A stretch of DNA of 64,000 nucleotides from positions 12,495 through 76,494 of the forward strand of contig NW_005434542.1 of the NCBI RefSeq assembly GCF_000315625.1. The letters run 5' to 3'. Made by a program: the position numbers and the translations under genes. This DNA is from Guillardia theta CCMP2712. Its lineage: Eukaryota; Protista; Cryptophyta. Positions 25,102-37,792 of the stretch are shown here, one piece after another (the first letter of the stretch is position 1; each line of letters begins with the position of its first letter). The notes beneath the pieces were generated by a model, which worked only from the letters and a program-made list of their open reading frames with translations, ran no database searches and had not been told where the DNA came from.

Positions 25102-27202
25102 ATGTCTTTCAAGGTCAAGAGATTGAATTGCAAGCTCTTGTTCCTTGCGACGTTGTATGTGCCATGCAGCAGCAGCAGCAGCAGCGATAACACGTTGAGC
25201 TCGCATGCAAGCCTGGCATGCTCAGGATGGGGAGGAGGAAGCGAAATCATCACCGGCGAGCGGTTGCAAGCCATAGCGGACATCAGCGTTGTGACAGCTT
25301 CCTGGCTTGCTTACCATCGGAGCCTCCCTGACGTGATCAAGGAGGAGCATGCGATCATTCTGATAGACGAGGAGGGGAACATAGTCAGCGGGAACAGGAC
25401 GAGGCTTGTGCTGGCAGGGACCGTCTTTGTCTACTCGCATCTTCTTCCTCGCTTCTTCCTCGGGGAAGCTTTCAGCGCCATCTATGCTCCCTTCGTCCTG
25501 CTCTCTCACAACGGAGACGAGGAGCTTGACTTGAGGGAGGGAAGAGGAGAGGAGGAGTGGAAGAAACGAGCAAGGAGCGCCTTGAGCAGCGGAAGGATCA
25601 TAGGGTGGTGGGCTCAGAACCTTGTCTGTCCTCACCCTGCCGTCAACTGGCTGCCCATCGGGCTAGCAAACAGCATGTGGCGACATGGTGACTTGACGAC
25701 AATGTCCGAGGTGATGAGAAGCAGCCAAGACGCTTCCTCCAAGAACGAATGGCTGCACGTTGCCTTCAAGGTACTCCAGACCTCCATCAAGTCTCCTTCT
25801 CTCTTTCTTTCCTCAACAACTCTGCCTTCGGTGACGCCTCCTCCTCCTCCTCCTCCTCCTCCCTCCCCCCCCCCGGCCCCCCCCCCCCTCAGTCTGTCAT
25901 TCTCCTTCTGTCCTCCCCGCCTTCTCCTGTTACTTTTCTACTGTTGATCACTATCACCTGGTTCCTGCAGTGCACTTGCCCAAATTCTCCTCTCGCCTCT
26001 CGCCACTCTCCTCATTCCTCCCTCCTCCACTGCTTTACCTTCCCCCTCCTCCATGCTGATCGTGGTATCCACTTCAGGTCAGCGAGCATGCGCCGGGACG
26101 TCAGCAAGTCTTCGAGATCTTATCACAGCTGGACTTTGCGACTGTTGAGGGGGAGAAACTTCCGTTCAGGTGACGATCAGGTGCGGTGATGCGAGGAAGT
26201 GACAAGAGAACAAGAGAGTATCTCCTCAAGACTTCATCTCATCGCTTCTGTGGTACGTGAGAGACAATAATACATTTGAGTTCTGCTCCTGCTCTGCTCC
26301 TGCTCTGCTCCTGCTCTTGCTCATCATCCTGAGCAGCTTCTCCTCGCGGGAACGGGATCGACACGCATAGGATGTGGTAAGGTAGAGTCGTGAAGGATGA
26401 AGGAGGAGCGACGAAGTTTGCAGGGAATGCCTCTACTTGCATACCATCCCCATCGTTGAAGACTCCTTGTTTGCTCGTCAGTTTGCAGGAATGATCGTAC
26501 ACGAAACAGGTCTAGCCTCTCCTCTCCTCTCCTCTCCTCTCCTCTCCTCTCCTCTCCTCTCCTCTCCTCTCCTCTCCTCTCCTCTCCTCTCCTCTCCTCT
26601 CCTCTCCTCTCCTCTCCTCTCCTCTCCTCTTTCCCCTTCCACCTTGCTTCGTTCTAACCAAGCTCTACTCTTCTTGTGTCCATGATCTTGCATCATAGAA
26701 GGAGGCGAAACCTTCTGCTCCTACACTGTTGAGGTCCTGGGACCTTCGCTTCCTGTCCTCCTCGTCTCTGACTGGAGCTCGGTTCAACTCTGCGTGCTGG
26801 AACGAGCCTGGTAATCAAACTCCCTCCTCCTCCTCCTCCTCCTCCTCCTCCTCCTCTTTCAACTTCCTCCTCCTCCTCTTCCTTGTTCCCCTCTTCATCC
26901 TGCTCCTCCTTCACCTCCTCCTTCTCTTCCTCTTTCCTCCTCCTCGTTCTCCTCCTCGTTCTCCTCCTCCTCCTCCTCCTCCTCGTTCTCCTCCTCGTTC
27001 TCCTCCTCGTTCTCCTCCTCCTCGTTCTCCTCCTCCTCGTTCTCCTCCTCCTCCTCCCGCCTCCTCCTTCTCTTCCTCCTTCTCTTCCTCCCATTGAGCA
27101 TGTTCTAGGGAACTTGCTCTCTCCATGGAATGGGACTGGGAGGTGTTGACAATGTCAAGGTGGAAGAATTTTATCAGATCTCACACACGCGAGGGTCAGT
27201 GA
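25102..27202 (+). CDS. Exostosin/GT47-like glycosyltransferase (SPRGNGIDTHR family)
   Basis: Spliced motifs FVLLSHNGD, WWAQN, LPIGLANSMW, HRFCASPRGNGIDTHRMWECLYLHTIPIVEDS, LPVLLVSDWS and LTMSRWKNFI. Start may lie slightly upstream. Confidence 0.7.
26515..26630. repeat. (CCTCT)n intronic microsatellite
   Basis: ~22 perfect pentamers. Confidence 0.95.
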
Positions 27203-27358
27203 CAAGGGCAACAAGACAAGAAAGGCAAAATAGATTCAGATTGCTTTCAGTGTATCATTACATTATTGTTGGACCAACTCGGTCAAGAAATTTACAGACT
27301 ATTCTTGTACATGTCATGTTAAGTTTCGCATGTCACGACAGCGAGAAGGCAGGAGTTA

Positions 27359-30311
27359 TTAGCTGCAGAAAGTTTGAGAGCCCAGGAAATTTTGAACCTG
27401 ATCCCATTGCAAGGAAAAAGCTCCTGTTTCATCATCTCCGTTCATCCCCTTCCTGTCCTCAACTCTCTCCTCCCCTCTGTCCTGTCGCCTCTCCTCCCCC
27501 CCCTGATCGCCTCTGCCCTTCCTCACCCTCCGTCTTCCTGCCTCCCTCTGTCCCTGCACCTCGTCCCTTGTCGCTGGTCCCTCGTCCTCCAGCAGCGTGA
27601 TCGCCTCGTCCCAGCACAGGGCCAGCGCATCGAGGCGACAGAAGAGGAAGCTGCGGAAGCAAACGAGAGGAAAGAGGAAGCGATTCAGAGCCTCGTGCAG
27701 CAGCAGCCGCTGAACGCTGGTTGGAGACAGAGCAGCAGGAAACAAGACCACCTCCTCCTCCACCTCCTCGTTTGACTGGAACCCAATCACATGCCCCAAA
27801 GAGAAATTGCCTCCTCCTCCTCCTCCTCCTCCTCCTCCTCCTCCTCCTCCTCCTCCTCCTCCTCCTCCTCCTCCTCCTATTCTCTGTCTTAGTCTTGCGA
27901 TGAAACTGGAGGCTCCTTCGAGGGAATCTCCATACAGCAACAAGCACACGTCCCTGTCCTCCCAGCTCTTACTCCGCATGAGGAAGGCGGTAGCGACCAA
28001 CTTCTTCTGAGCCCCATGGCATCCCTTCCTCGCCGAGCTCAGCATGAAAAGATCGCACCAGCGCTCATAGTAGCAGACGCTGGAGGGCGAGAGGAGGAGG
28101 AGCGAGTATCGATCTCCGTCGCACTTGTGCATCAGCAGAGCATCGTTCCCTGCTGCAAGAGAGATCTCATCCTCCTCCCCCTCGTCGCACTCGATCCCTG
28201 CCAGGTCTCCATCCATCGCCCTGCTGGGGACGAGGCAGGAGGGCAGACCCACAGCCTGTGAGCATGGCGACAAGAGCTGGAGAGAAGGAGACAGAGAGCT
28301 CGGGACGATGACAAGTTCTCCTCCTTCTTCAGCTTCCATCCCGCAGTCATCTCTCCCGTACACAGCACTCACATATCGCGCCGCCTCTCCTCCTCCTTCC
28401 ACCACTGACGCCAGGAAGAATTTTTTCCTCCTCGACCATTCAGACCGCGGGTTGAAATCCTCCTCGCACAAGGAGGCTACAGGGACGTGCTGCGGATGGT
28501 TGACTGACGACAGGGTCCCTGCTTCCTTCCTCTCCACGTCTGATCCCCAGTACCCATCCTGCAACAGCAGTCAGCACAGACAGCTAGCATGTCTGAGAGG
28601 AAGAGCAACAGGTTTCACCATCAGCACGCGCAAGCACGCAGACGTCAACATCTTCTCACCTGAAAGAACGCCGGGTCTTTGAGAATGTAACCCTCCAGCA
28701 GCCCTCGCTCGATGAGAGCAGGCAGCATGTTGTCTATGGCAAGGAAAACTGGGTCGCACAGCTCCAGCACCCTCTCCGCTCCCTTCCTCGTGAAGATGAT
28801 GGCTCCCGAGCAGCGCGGACGGTTAGCGCGGACCAGGAGGGAGGAAGAAGCCTGCTGCAAGCACAGGACCCGGCACCTCTCGAAGCAGAATTCAAGATGC
28901 AACAGGTCAGCAGACGGCGGGAGCTCGCGCATGGCGGAGGAGATTCGATGACCGACAGCACGAGGGTCATCCTGCACCATGAGATCGTCCTCAAAGATGC
29001 CGAACATGCTCGCTCCTGTCTCCAGCCCTTGCCGCACCAACTCGAGCTGGTCGAGAGCTCGAGCGACAAACCTCCTCACGGCACTGAGGGACGTACTTGA
29101 GTCTGCACCCATCAGCTGGAGGCCAGCTAGGGACAGCCTCCCCTCCTCCACCAGCTCGTCGAGGTCGAGGCTGCTGCCCAACGTGACACGGGGGAAGAGA
29201 AGTCGCGACATCCCGAGGGCTGGCAGGAGCCGCTCCATGCTCCTCCTCCTGTCCTTCCTGTCAGGCAGGTTGATCACGTAGATGGGGATGTCGATGGTGG
29301 GAGGTGGCAGGGCATGAGCTGCAGGCAGATCTCCTCGCGCGATCTTGTTCGTGTGCTGGGCTGCGAGTTGGAGGTGTTCGAACAGGTTGAGGAGCTGAAA
29401 GTTTGTACAAGTTCCAACGAGCGAGCAGGACCGGTCTTCCTCACAGTTGCAAAGGGGGTCGTAGCACTCGATGCCTAGCTTTGGAGAGGCCCTGAGGCCG
29501 GAGGGCTTTGACTCGCTCATGCAAACATGCACACTCTGGAAGAGAGAACTCTCGTAGCTGCTGCCTGCTGTCCTGACTGACAAGTTGATGAACAAGGAGT
29601 AGTTGTAGCAACCTGTAGCCACAGCCAGCTCATGCTTCAGTTCCTCACGTCGGGCTGATGCACCAAGCAGCTTCATATCACTCTCACTGTACGTCTTCTC
29701 GTCCATGAAGCTTGTTGGTCCGAAAGTAACATTGGTTTGAAGAGAAACCGACACTCCTTGAGAGCAGCCGCCGTGAGTTCCTACAGAGAACCTTGATGTA
29801 AGGTATAGCTTGCCCCCGATGAGAACTGGTCGGTAGCCCTCTCTATCCGCACCTCCGGCCCACGACAGGCGTGCACTTGATCCTGCGCATGATACTTGAC
29901 GCCGAGGCCCTCGTGGGAAAGGAGAACAGCAGCAGCATAATCCCCAGCACCTAGGCCATGCAGCGATATCTGACATGCTAGTCCTGCAGTGCCGTGTGAT
30001 TCTTCATGGCAGTGTCTGCATACCGGATAGGATCCTTCCTCCCGTGCACTCTCTGTCCCTTGCCGCATGTCTGGCTTGAGCTGAAGGCGGACATGGAGGT
30101 CCCAGCCGCTGCAGTCTTGTCGTAATGCAGTCCAACCATGAGCTTGCTCGCCTGCATCTAACTTGAAGGGAAAGAGCAGCACGGAGCTGTTTCCTCGGAG
30201 TGTCTGCACCAAGACAACCGTGGGGAGGAGGATGGAGATTGCATGAGCTCGGATGGCAGCAAAGAGAATGAGCAAGTGTGCTGAGCTCACTTGTTGTGCC
30301 CAGCATCCCAT
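27359..30311 (-). CDS. Glycosyltransferase family 25 domain protein with N- and C-terminal extensions
   Basis: IYVINLPDRKDRR, IFEDD, SGAIIFTRKGAERVL, AIDNML and PAFFQD in ORF 28645-29976. Hydrophobic N-terminus; C-terminal exon 27359-28564. Confidence 0.75.
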
Positions 30312-30424
30312 GCTCCTTCAACCTCCGCCCCCCTCCGCCATCTCAATCCCCCCCCCCCTTCCCCATTCCGCCTTCAATCCCAGCTCACCTTTTTACTCAA
30401 AGTTAAGTTCAAAATGAGTACCAG

Positions 30425-30555
30425 GACGATCAGTTCACGATCGGAGCTCTAGTGATTGGCTCCGATCGGGCGGGCCGTAAGAGCCGGTCAGCAAACTTCC
30501 CGGACTCGCCTCAGAATGGGGGCAACATTCGGGTCGGGGATTTCGGAACCAAGAG
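30425..30555. promoter_or_regulatory. Small palindromic-word island C in the divergent GT25/MYB promoter
   Basis: gatcggagc...gctccgatc inverted repeat, aaacttcccgg, cctcag. Confidence 0.4.
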
Positions 30556-30733
30556 GTTTAGTAATTGATATGTCACGTTACCAAACCTGACAGGGATGAT
30601 TTGCTGACAGATCTGTGTCAGCAAGTAAACATCACCTCGAAAATAGAGACATTCAGAATTACTGCAGGGGATCGTAAGTTACCACACGCAACTTCTGTCC
30701 CCAGGTTCCTGATTTACAATTCCCCCGGTACGC

Positions 30734-31372
30734 ATGCCCGTCGCTGCCAACATGCTTCCTCCCTCCCGCACTCCTCCCTCCTCCTTCTCTGTCGACGATG
30801 CTGTCGACGCTATCTGGACTGGCTCCTCTTTCCTTCCTTGTGACCCCATGCAGCTGTCAGCCTTCCTCTCCTTGTACCTCGACAAGACCCCGCTCGGGTA
30901 CTGCTGGACCCCAGAGACTGCCCCCGAGGACTGCATGCCCTCCAATGGTCTCGGAGCGATGCCAGCCATCTTGTCTTACGAGAGCAGCACACCGATGAGC
31001 ATTGACTGGACGGCGGAAGCTCCAGTGCACCATGGGGGCACTCCGAGCGAGTCGTCTGAGGCGTCTTCGAGCGACTGCGAAGTTTCCATGGGTGTCGCAG
31101 CAACGAGAAGGGACGAAGGGAAGACAGGAAGTCAGCAGAATCAGAGTCAGTGGACGAAGGAGGAGCATGATCGGTTTCTACAGGCGTTGAAGAAATATCT
31201 TCCATCTGGAGCTCGTGAAGACCCGGTGACAGGGAAGGTATCGGTCGGGCTAGGAGCTGGAGTTGCGAAGAAGGTGTCAGAATTCGTGGGGACGAGAACT
31301 CCTCTACAAGTCAGGTCGCATGCGCAGAAGTATTTTTTGAGGCTGAACAAGAATCGAGGATGTCGTCGTTGA
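30734..31372 (+). CDS. SHAQKYF-class single-repeat MYB transcription factor 1 (intronless)
   Basis: WTKEEHDRFLQALKKY...VGTRTPLQVRSHAQKYFLR. Confidence 0.9.
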   Translation: MPVAANMLPPSRTPPSSFSVDDAVDAIWTGSSFLPCDPMQLSAFLSLYLDKTPLGYCWTPETAPEDCMPSNGLGAMPAILSYESSTPMSIDWTAEAPVHHGGTPSESSEASSSDCEVSMGVAATRRDEGKTGSQQNQSQWTKEEHDRFLQALKKYLPSGAREDPVTGKVSVGLGAGVAKKVSEFVGTRTPLQVRSHAQKYFLRLNKNRGCRR

Positions 31373-31593
31373 TATTCCACGTTTAATGAATTAATATTCC
31401 AGATTACCACCTCGATTTGTACACTGAGAACTTATCTTTTCAACTTCAATGATTGAATGCTCTGATGCAATGATTGAAAGAAGCATGATCGTATTCATCA
31501 AAGAGAATGGCGATACCGTTCGATTGAAAAGACTTGTACTGACAAGGAATCGCTTTACTGCTGGTTCAACCTCCCACCGACATTCCAAGAATG

Positions 31594-32232
31594 TCAACGA
31601 CGATATCCTCGATTCTTGTTCAGCCTCAAAAAATACTTCTGCGCATGCGACCTGACTTGTAGAGGAGTTCTCGTCCCCACGAATTCTGACACCTTCTTCG
31701 CAACTCCAGCTCCTAGCCCGACCGATACCTTCCCTGTCACCGGGTCTTCACGAGCTCCAGATGGAAGATATTTCTTCAACGCCTGTAGAAACCGATCATG
31801 CTCCTCCTTCGTCCACTGACTCTGATTCTGCTGACTTCCTGTCGTCCCTTCGTCCCTTCTCGTTGCTGCGACACCCATGGAAACTTCGCAGTCGCTCGAA
31901 GACGCCTCAGACGACTCGCTCGGAGTGCCCCCATGGTGCACTGGAGCTTCCGCCGTCCAGTCAATGCTCATCGGTGTGCTGCTCTCGTAAGACAAGATGG
32001 CTGGCATCGCTCCGAGACCATTGGAGGGCATGCAGTCCTCGGGGGCAGTCTCTGGGGTCCAGCAGTACCCGAGCGGGGTCTTGTCGAGGTACAAGGAGAG
32101 GAAGGCTGACAGCTGCATGGGGTCACAAGGAAGGATAGAGGAGCCAGTCCAGATAGCGTCGACAGCATCGTCGACAGAGAAGGAGGAGGGAGGAGGGCGG
32201 GAGGGAGGAAGCATGTTGGCAGCGACGTGCAT
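31594..32232 (-). CDS. SHAQKYF-class MYB transcription factor 2 (inverted duplicate of MYB1)
   Basis: 212 aa, with 5 aa differences from MYB1. Confidence 0.9.
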   Translation of the reverse strand: MHVAANMLPPSRPPPSSFSVDDAVDAIWTGSSILPCDPMQLSAFLSLYLDKTPLGYCWTPETAPEDCMPSNGLGAMPAILSYESSTPMSIDWTAEAPVHHGGTPSESSEASSSDCEVSMGVAATRRDEGTTGSQQNQSQWTKEEHDRFLQALKKYLPSGAREDPVTGKVSVGLGAGVAKKVSEFVGTRTPLQVRSHAQKYFLRLNKNRGYRR

Positions 32233-33096
32233 GGAAACTCGAGGAACAGATCCGGATCTGTACTGCGTGAACTGCTGTACAACTTTGTTATTATAAGGTG
32301 TAGTAAACGCTATTTATGAGCTGCGACTACAGAAAGACTCTTTTTCAAATCTTTGAAGGTGTCGATGCCGGAGGATCCCGATCAAGGGGTTTTATCCTTT
32401 TGACTGCTTGCGGAAATTATGAGTAATATGTTTACTCTACAAATCATCTCCAGTCATGGGAGAGGCAGATCAAGTCACGAGGATGGAGGACGGCCCCGTC
32501 ATCGGTCACGAGGGATGATGGTCAAGGGTCATCACATCGAAAGAGCGGAGTTTGACGCCGAGCATGTGTAGTAAGATGGAATGTAAAGGTGCCAACTTCT
32601 TCAATTGAGTTCAGTGATGTCATCAGAATGGTCTCATGACCACCTAATGTTGTCATCAAAAGGACTTAGCTCTTTGGGTGGATGCCGAGTAGATTTCTAA
32701 TTCAACACTCGAGGAAAACTAGCTATCAGAGCAACTAGAGGATTTGAGATGAATTCAGCCTGCGAAAGGGCAAATGCTGACGGTCATCGAGTCCATGTGC
32801 ACGAAATCCGTGCGTGACAGAGCTTGTTTCTCTAGCGAAACGACGTAATTTTGATATTTTACATCACTCGGGCCGGAGTGCACATCTATTCCTTGTGATT
32901 CAAGGGGAGCGAAGCTCTGGCAGAAACCAACCTGAACGACCACGAGCAAACAAAGCAGGTGAAGAAGACAGACAAGCTCAGAGAATCGATCGATTTCTGA
33001 TCTGAAGACAACACAAAGGGGAACACACACATATTATCGGTACAATCTCAGGGACTTCGTTGAAACATCACAACATCGCTGATAGTCGGCAAAAAA

Positions 33097-33882
33097 ATGC
33101 AAACCTCGGCGAATTCTTTAGAAGATGCAATCGCCTCCCTTTACCCGGAGGATGTTGCTGCCAACAGCAAGAAGGACTACGTTCAAGACCACCTTCTTCA
33201 TCAGGAGAATCATCTTATGCATTCATCTTTTCCGAGTTTCAATGTCGTCATGACATCAACGTCTGCCCTCTTCGAGCCTCCAGTCACTCACAATCATCAC
33301 CACCACCATCAAACTTTCACTCAAGACGAGAATCAATGTGCTGTGAAGCAAAACTATGACAACTTGTGTAACCCAGTCGTCCTGGGTCATGTGGTGGATG
33401 AATTCAGCTCGATGGTAATGCCGGGCCCTCAGCAACAAGGTTACAACTTCTACAACGCCGGCGGATCTCACTATGGAACGCATCAGGCCCAGGAGACGTC
33501 GCAACGATCGGATTGGTTCGCTCATTCTTCCGTTTCTTTCAACCACCTCCCTGCTTCCACGTTACACCAGGGATTCATGCCGCAGCCGTACATGCCGCCG
33601 ATGGGATTTAGCCAGCACAGCAGCATTGCTGACACGTCCTCAAGTTACAATCAGAGCCAGTGGACGGACGAGGAGCACAACAAGTTCCTTGTTGCCCTAG
33701 AGAAGTTCTGTCCGGAAGCGTGCCGTGCAAGGGAGAAAGGGAAGGTGTTTGTTGGGCTGGGAGCTGGAGTAGCGAAGAAGATTTCTCAGGCGGTTGGGAC
33801 CAGGTCGGTTCTACAAGTCCGCTCTCATGCGCAGAAGCACTTCCTTCGAGAAAGCAAGAAGGTCAAGGCAGAAACCCCGTAG
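33097..33882 (+). CDS. SHAQKYF-class MYB transcription factor 3 (SHAQKHF, intronless)
   Basis: WTDEEHNKFLVALEKF...VGTRSVLQVRSHAQKHFLR; His/Gln/Ser-rich N-terminus. Confidence 0.9.
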   Translation: MQTSANSLEDAIASLYPEDVAANSKKDYVQDHLLHQENHLMHSSFPSFNVVMTSTSALFEPPVTHNHHHHHQTFTQDENQCAVKQNYDNLCNPVVLGHVVDEFSSMVMPGPQQQGYNFYNAGGSHYGTHQAQETSQRSDWFAHSSVSFNHLPASTLHQGFMPQPYMPPMGFSQHSSIADTSSSYNQSQWTDEEHNKFLVALEKFCPEACRAREKGKVFVGLGAGVAKKISQAVGTRSVLQVRSHAQKHFLRESKKVKAETP

Positions 33883-33884
33883 CT

Positions 33885-34190
33885 AGGTTGTCTTCCGAGC
33901 CTTCCGAGTCCCGGGTGATGATCCGAGGCTTAATCGGTGGCCGCTCAGCTGATGAATAAAGTTTTATTAATAGTTCAACTTCTGCTGTCACGCCGCACGT
34001 TGGAGGCTCGACTCGGGTGATCATTCCCATGTCTGCATTCCTGTATCTTGTGTCAATCGTGCAGATCTGTAAGTCACGTTTCAGGATCGGATCATGAGGT
34101 CACTGCCATGATGAGCAGCGAGTCAACGAAGTCGCCGGCACGGGCCGCCCGGCCGCCGGGCCCTGCCTCAGTCACTAGTCCCGGCTCTGT
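33885..34190. promoter_or_regulatory. Palindromic-word island D, upstream of the ankyrin gene
   Basis: ttccgag repeats, gactcggg, gatcggatc, ccggccgccgggccc, ctcagtcactagt. Confidence 0.45.
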
Positions 34191-34592
34191 ACTTCTAGGT
34201 CATCCCACATCCCCCCTCAGAAACAACGGTCAGCTGCAGCTTCCAGTGCAGCTTCAGGATCTGGTTGCGCAAGCTTTGTTCGTCTGTTTGGGGGGTCCGG
34301 AGGCGATAGGGAGAGGAAGGAGACGATACAGGAGGAGAGGGAGAGGGAGAAGGACTTGAAGGAAGGGCTGTGATCATCCGTAGTGAGACCCACCTTCATC
34401 CTCCTCTGCTTCATTCAATCCGATGGCAACGGATGAGGAGGGAGGGGGAGCAGGATGAGAAGGAATTGCATTATGTTGGGAGGACGGAGGTGGGTGGGGA
34501 GGAAGAATACCGAGGGAGAAGAAGAGAGGCGCTGGTCATGTAGGAGGGTTCAACCATGAGCTGAAACCCATTAAGATCGCTGTTAGGTGAGG

Positions 34593-35852
34593 ATGCTGGC
34601 GATTTCCAAGAAGCCGCTCGGAAGGCAGCAGACGACGGCGACCATGACCGTCCCTGACGACAAAACCATCCCCCACATGCCACCTCTCCACACAGCATGC
34701 CATAGGTTGTTCTCTAGCGCGCTGCTCCCTGCCATGGTTGATCCTGATGGAAACAGAGGTTCGATGGCTGAAGTCAAGAAGTGGGTAGAGATGGGAGAGG
34801 ACGTCAACGAGCAGACTAAGGTCAGTACGTTGAAGGAAGAGAGCGGTGGGTGCTCTCGTGTACTTTCCTCCATGCTCCTCGCCTCCTCCCTCCTCCTTTC
34901 TTTAGTCCTCTGCTCCCTCCCGTGCTCCCCTGATCTCTTGCCGCAGTCAGGACTCACTCCGCTAATGTGCGCCTGCAAAACTATCGGGCCTAAGCCGGAC
35001 GACGATCAGATCGTCAACTTTCTGATTGAGCAGCGCGCCAACGTCGATCTACAGGACGAGGTTCACGGGGAGGAGTAGCATGTGGAAATCGTGACAGGGG
35101 GGCAGATGGGAGACACTGCGCTGCATGTCGCTGCTGCCACTCGAGACCCGAGCATCCCCCTTCTTCCCACTGGGTACCACAGGTGAAGAAAGCATGAGGG
35201 AGACTGCACTAGTCACTCGGGATACTTCCTCTCGTCGCAGACAGCTTCCCTCTCCCGCTCCAACTCCTCCTCCTCCTTCCCATCTCCTCATTATCCTTCT
35301 TGCTTTCATCCTTGCACTCATTTTTCTGCTCATGAGCTTTGTAGGCTCCTCCAGGCTTTGATGGCTGGCAAGGCAAACGTCAACATTTACAACAAGCTTG
35401 GACAAACTGCACTTCATCGCGCGTCATTGGTACAAGACAATGATCCGTGTGTTTTTGTTGCGTGTGTCCCCTTGAGAAGTGATCCCGCCCGCTCTCTTTC
35501 TCATCTTGAACCTCCTTTGTGCGAATGTGGCTGTCATCAGTCAATTGCTCTGTTGAATCGGATCAGAATGTCACAACCTGAACGTGACACCTCTTATTCA
35601 GCGAGGAAAAAAAGAATGCATCACGATGTTGCTAGAGGCAAATGCAGATCTGGAGATGATGGATCGGTTTGTAATCACCCTGCTCGTGTGTAAAGTGACA
35701 CCGACAACAGATCTGGAAGAAAGGCCATCGACGTAGCGTTTGACGAAGAAAGCAGATCGATGCTCGCTCCTCCTGCGGTTCTTTTGGCTTGTGTGCATGA
35801 ATCCCTTGACTGGAACATACAGGAAAACAATGAAGGAGAGGAAGACGAGTGA
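34593..35852 (+). CDS. Ankyrin-repeat protein (multi-exon)
   Basis: PPLHTACHRG, GLTPLMCAC, ANVDLQDEMGDTALHVAA, ANVNIYNKLGQTALHRA, LLEANAD, GRKAIDVA. Confidence 0.85.
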
Positions 35853-35951
35853 TTCACCAAGGATAGAGCAATCCATATTTGCCGTGTAACATCTTTACTC
35901 TAAAGATTTGAGTTGACCTCAACATTTACAAGAATGCACTCCTCTATCACT

Positions 35952-36644
35952 CTACACCTTGCACGACTTCCTGCTCTGCTTCAAGAAAAACTTCTGAGCG
36001 TGAGATCGAACTTGCAAGACTGATCTTGTCTTAACATACGCAGCAATCTGCTTCGCTACACCGTTGCCTAGCCCTACGAACACCCGACCGCTGTCAGTGG
36101 ATTGCCGCGTTGACTGCGAGCCATACTTTTCCAGCGCTTCTAAGAATCGCTCATGCTCCTCTGCTGTCCATTGCGACTGCACTTGCTTCTTTCCAGCGGG
36201 CTTCCCACGAGTGGAAGGAAGAACCCGCCCGTAGAATTCAAACTTGTTGTCCACCGAGTCCGAGTCAGAGTCCGACGAGCTACCACAACCAACTGTGCTC
36301 CATGCTTCGATGAAGCCTGCTGCTTGGTCCTGCTGCTTGGTCTGCTGTGAAAACAACGAGAAGACTGGATCGGGAAAGACGCTTACGGTCTTCTCTTCCA
36401 AGCAAGAGTGCCATGTGTCGCATGACAGTGGAAACTCGTTACACTCTCCTTCGCCCAAGCTGTGGCAAATACTCTCGACTTCACACTCTGCAGCCATAAC
36501 ATGGAAGCCATAATGAAGATCAGAGCTCTTGGAATCATGAAGGATCTCTTCACTGGACTCGTGAAGAGGAAGGGCATACCAATTCTCCTCTTCGTTCAAC
36601 ATTTCGGTACAGTCCAGGCTATGCATGAACGGATCGTGAAACAT
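35952..36644 (-). CDS. SHAQKYF-class MYB transcription factor 4 (SHAQKFF, intronless)
   Basis: WTAEEHERFLEALEKY...VKTRSVLQVRSHAQKFFLK; first ATG at 36644. Confidence 0.9.
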   Translation of the reverse strand: MFHDPFMHSLDCTEMLNEEENWYALPLHESSEEILHDSKSSDLHYGFHVMAAECEVESICHSLGEGECNEFPLSCDTWHSCLEEKTVSVFPDPVFSLFSQQTKQQDQAAGFIEAWSTVGCGSSSDSDSDSVDNKFEFYGRVLPSTRGKPAGKKQVQSQWTAEEHERFLEALEKYGSQSTRQSTDSGRVFVGLGNGVAKQIAAYVKTRSVLQVRSHAQKFFLKQSRKSCKV

Positions 36645-37792
36645 GTCAATTGTCGCTTGTGTAGACTTGCAGAGTATTTCGTAACGTCGAGTTGTTCTTG
36701 ACTTTAACTTCTTCCTCAGCTTCTTCCTCACTGTGTTGCCTTGGCTTTCGTGGCTGGCGCTTGCGCTCTATGCGTTTGCCCTCACGTCCTCTGCTTGATA
36801 TGCGGAACCCACAAGTCTCGTCCCCCACCCCACCCCCTCTTTTCCTCTGATTACTACCCACTGTTTGTCGGCTTTTTACTTCACGTTCTTGTGGAAAGAT
36901 GCTATTTCGACTCGGCTAAGGACAGCTGACATGAAGCTATAAATTCGCCAATCCACCCCTCCAATTTAGCTTCAAAACACCCGTACACACGTAAATGGGG
37001 GGACGATGCATTTCCGCAAGTCAGGTTGATGGTCAGCACTGTAGTAAAGAGAAGTGTCATCCAACAACATAACTCAACGATTCCGGGAACCCCGAATTTA
37101 TAAAAGTGGTTTTATATTTGAAATCGAGTGGTATCCGGAAGTAACGTGACTCTTCATTAACACCTGGATGGCGATCACGAGGTCATGGTCTCCGGACTCT
37201 ATTTTCGCTTCAAATTTCGTTTGATTCCGAACCCCGAGCGAAAGATTTCGGGACGGAGGGCATGACAAGGAAATATGACCTTTGTTTTCAAATTTCCTCA
37301 TCTAATTTGAGCCTGAACCCGAAATATGGGAACCAATCGTGAACTGTGACTGTCGGTATCGCTGGAGGGATTGGCTTTAGTGAGTAACATTATTAGTTAT
37401 AGAAAATGGTACGAAGTTATCCGCCTTTACTGTGAGTGAACAGAGAGATCTTGGAGTCGTTGAAGTTGTGATGAGCTACAAGAAATGGCGGCACAGATTG
37501 AATGTTGCATGGAAAGATAGGGAGACAACAAGTATGCAAAGCTCTCTCATGGGGGAGCTGTGATGGGTCCTATCCTTGTTGACTTCTCGGTCGAACCGGC
37601 TTGATAGTCGGATGCAAGGTGTGAATATTCATCATGAGTCCCAGATGTGTAGATAAAGAACTAACCCCTTTTTAATATAGCCCCTTCTCGAGTAGAGACG
37701 AGACTTGTAATCAAGTCATTAATAACACTCAACATCTAAACAGAACAGCAGAAGACAATGAAAATTTTGAAACGAGAGCTGCGATGTTACAA

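Larger units (their letters stand above)
30733..32233. repeat. Inverted repeat: ~640-bp arms (MYB1/MYB2 CDS) with a ~220-bp spacer
   Basis: Arms 30733-31377 and 31589-32233 are reverse complements with about five substitutions. Confidence 0.95.

Noticed and set aside
27807-27880. Poly-Gly domain in the GT25 C-terminal ORF as a functional feature
   Set aside because: It is a (CCT)n microsatellite; an in-frame intron cannot be told from coding sequence without RNA data.
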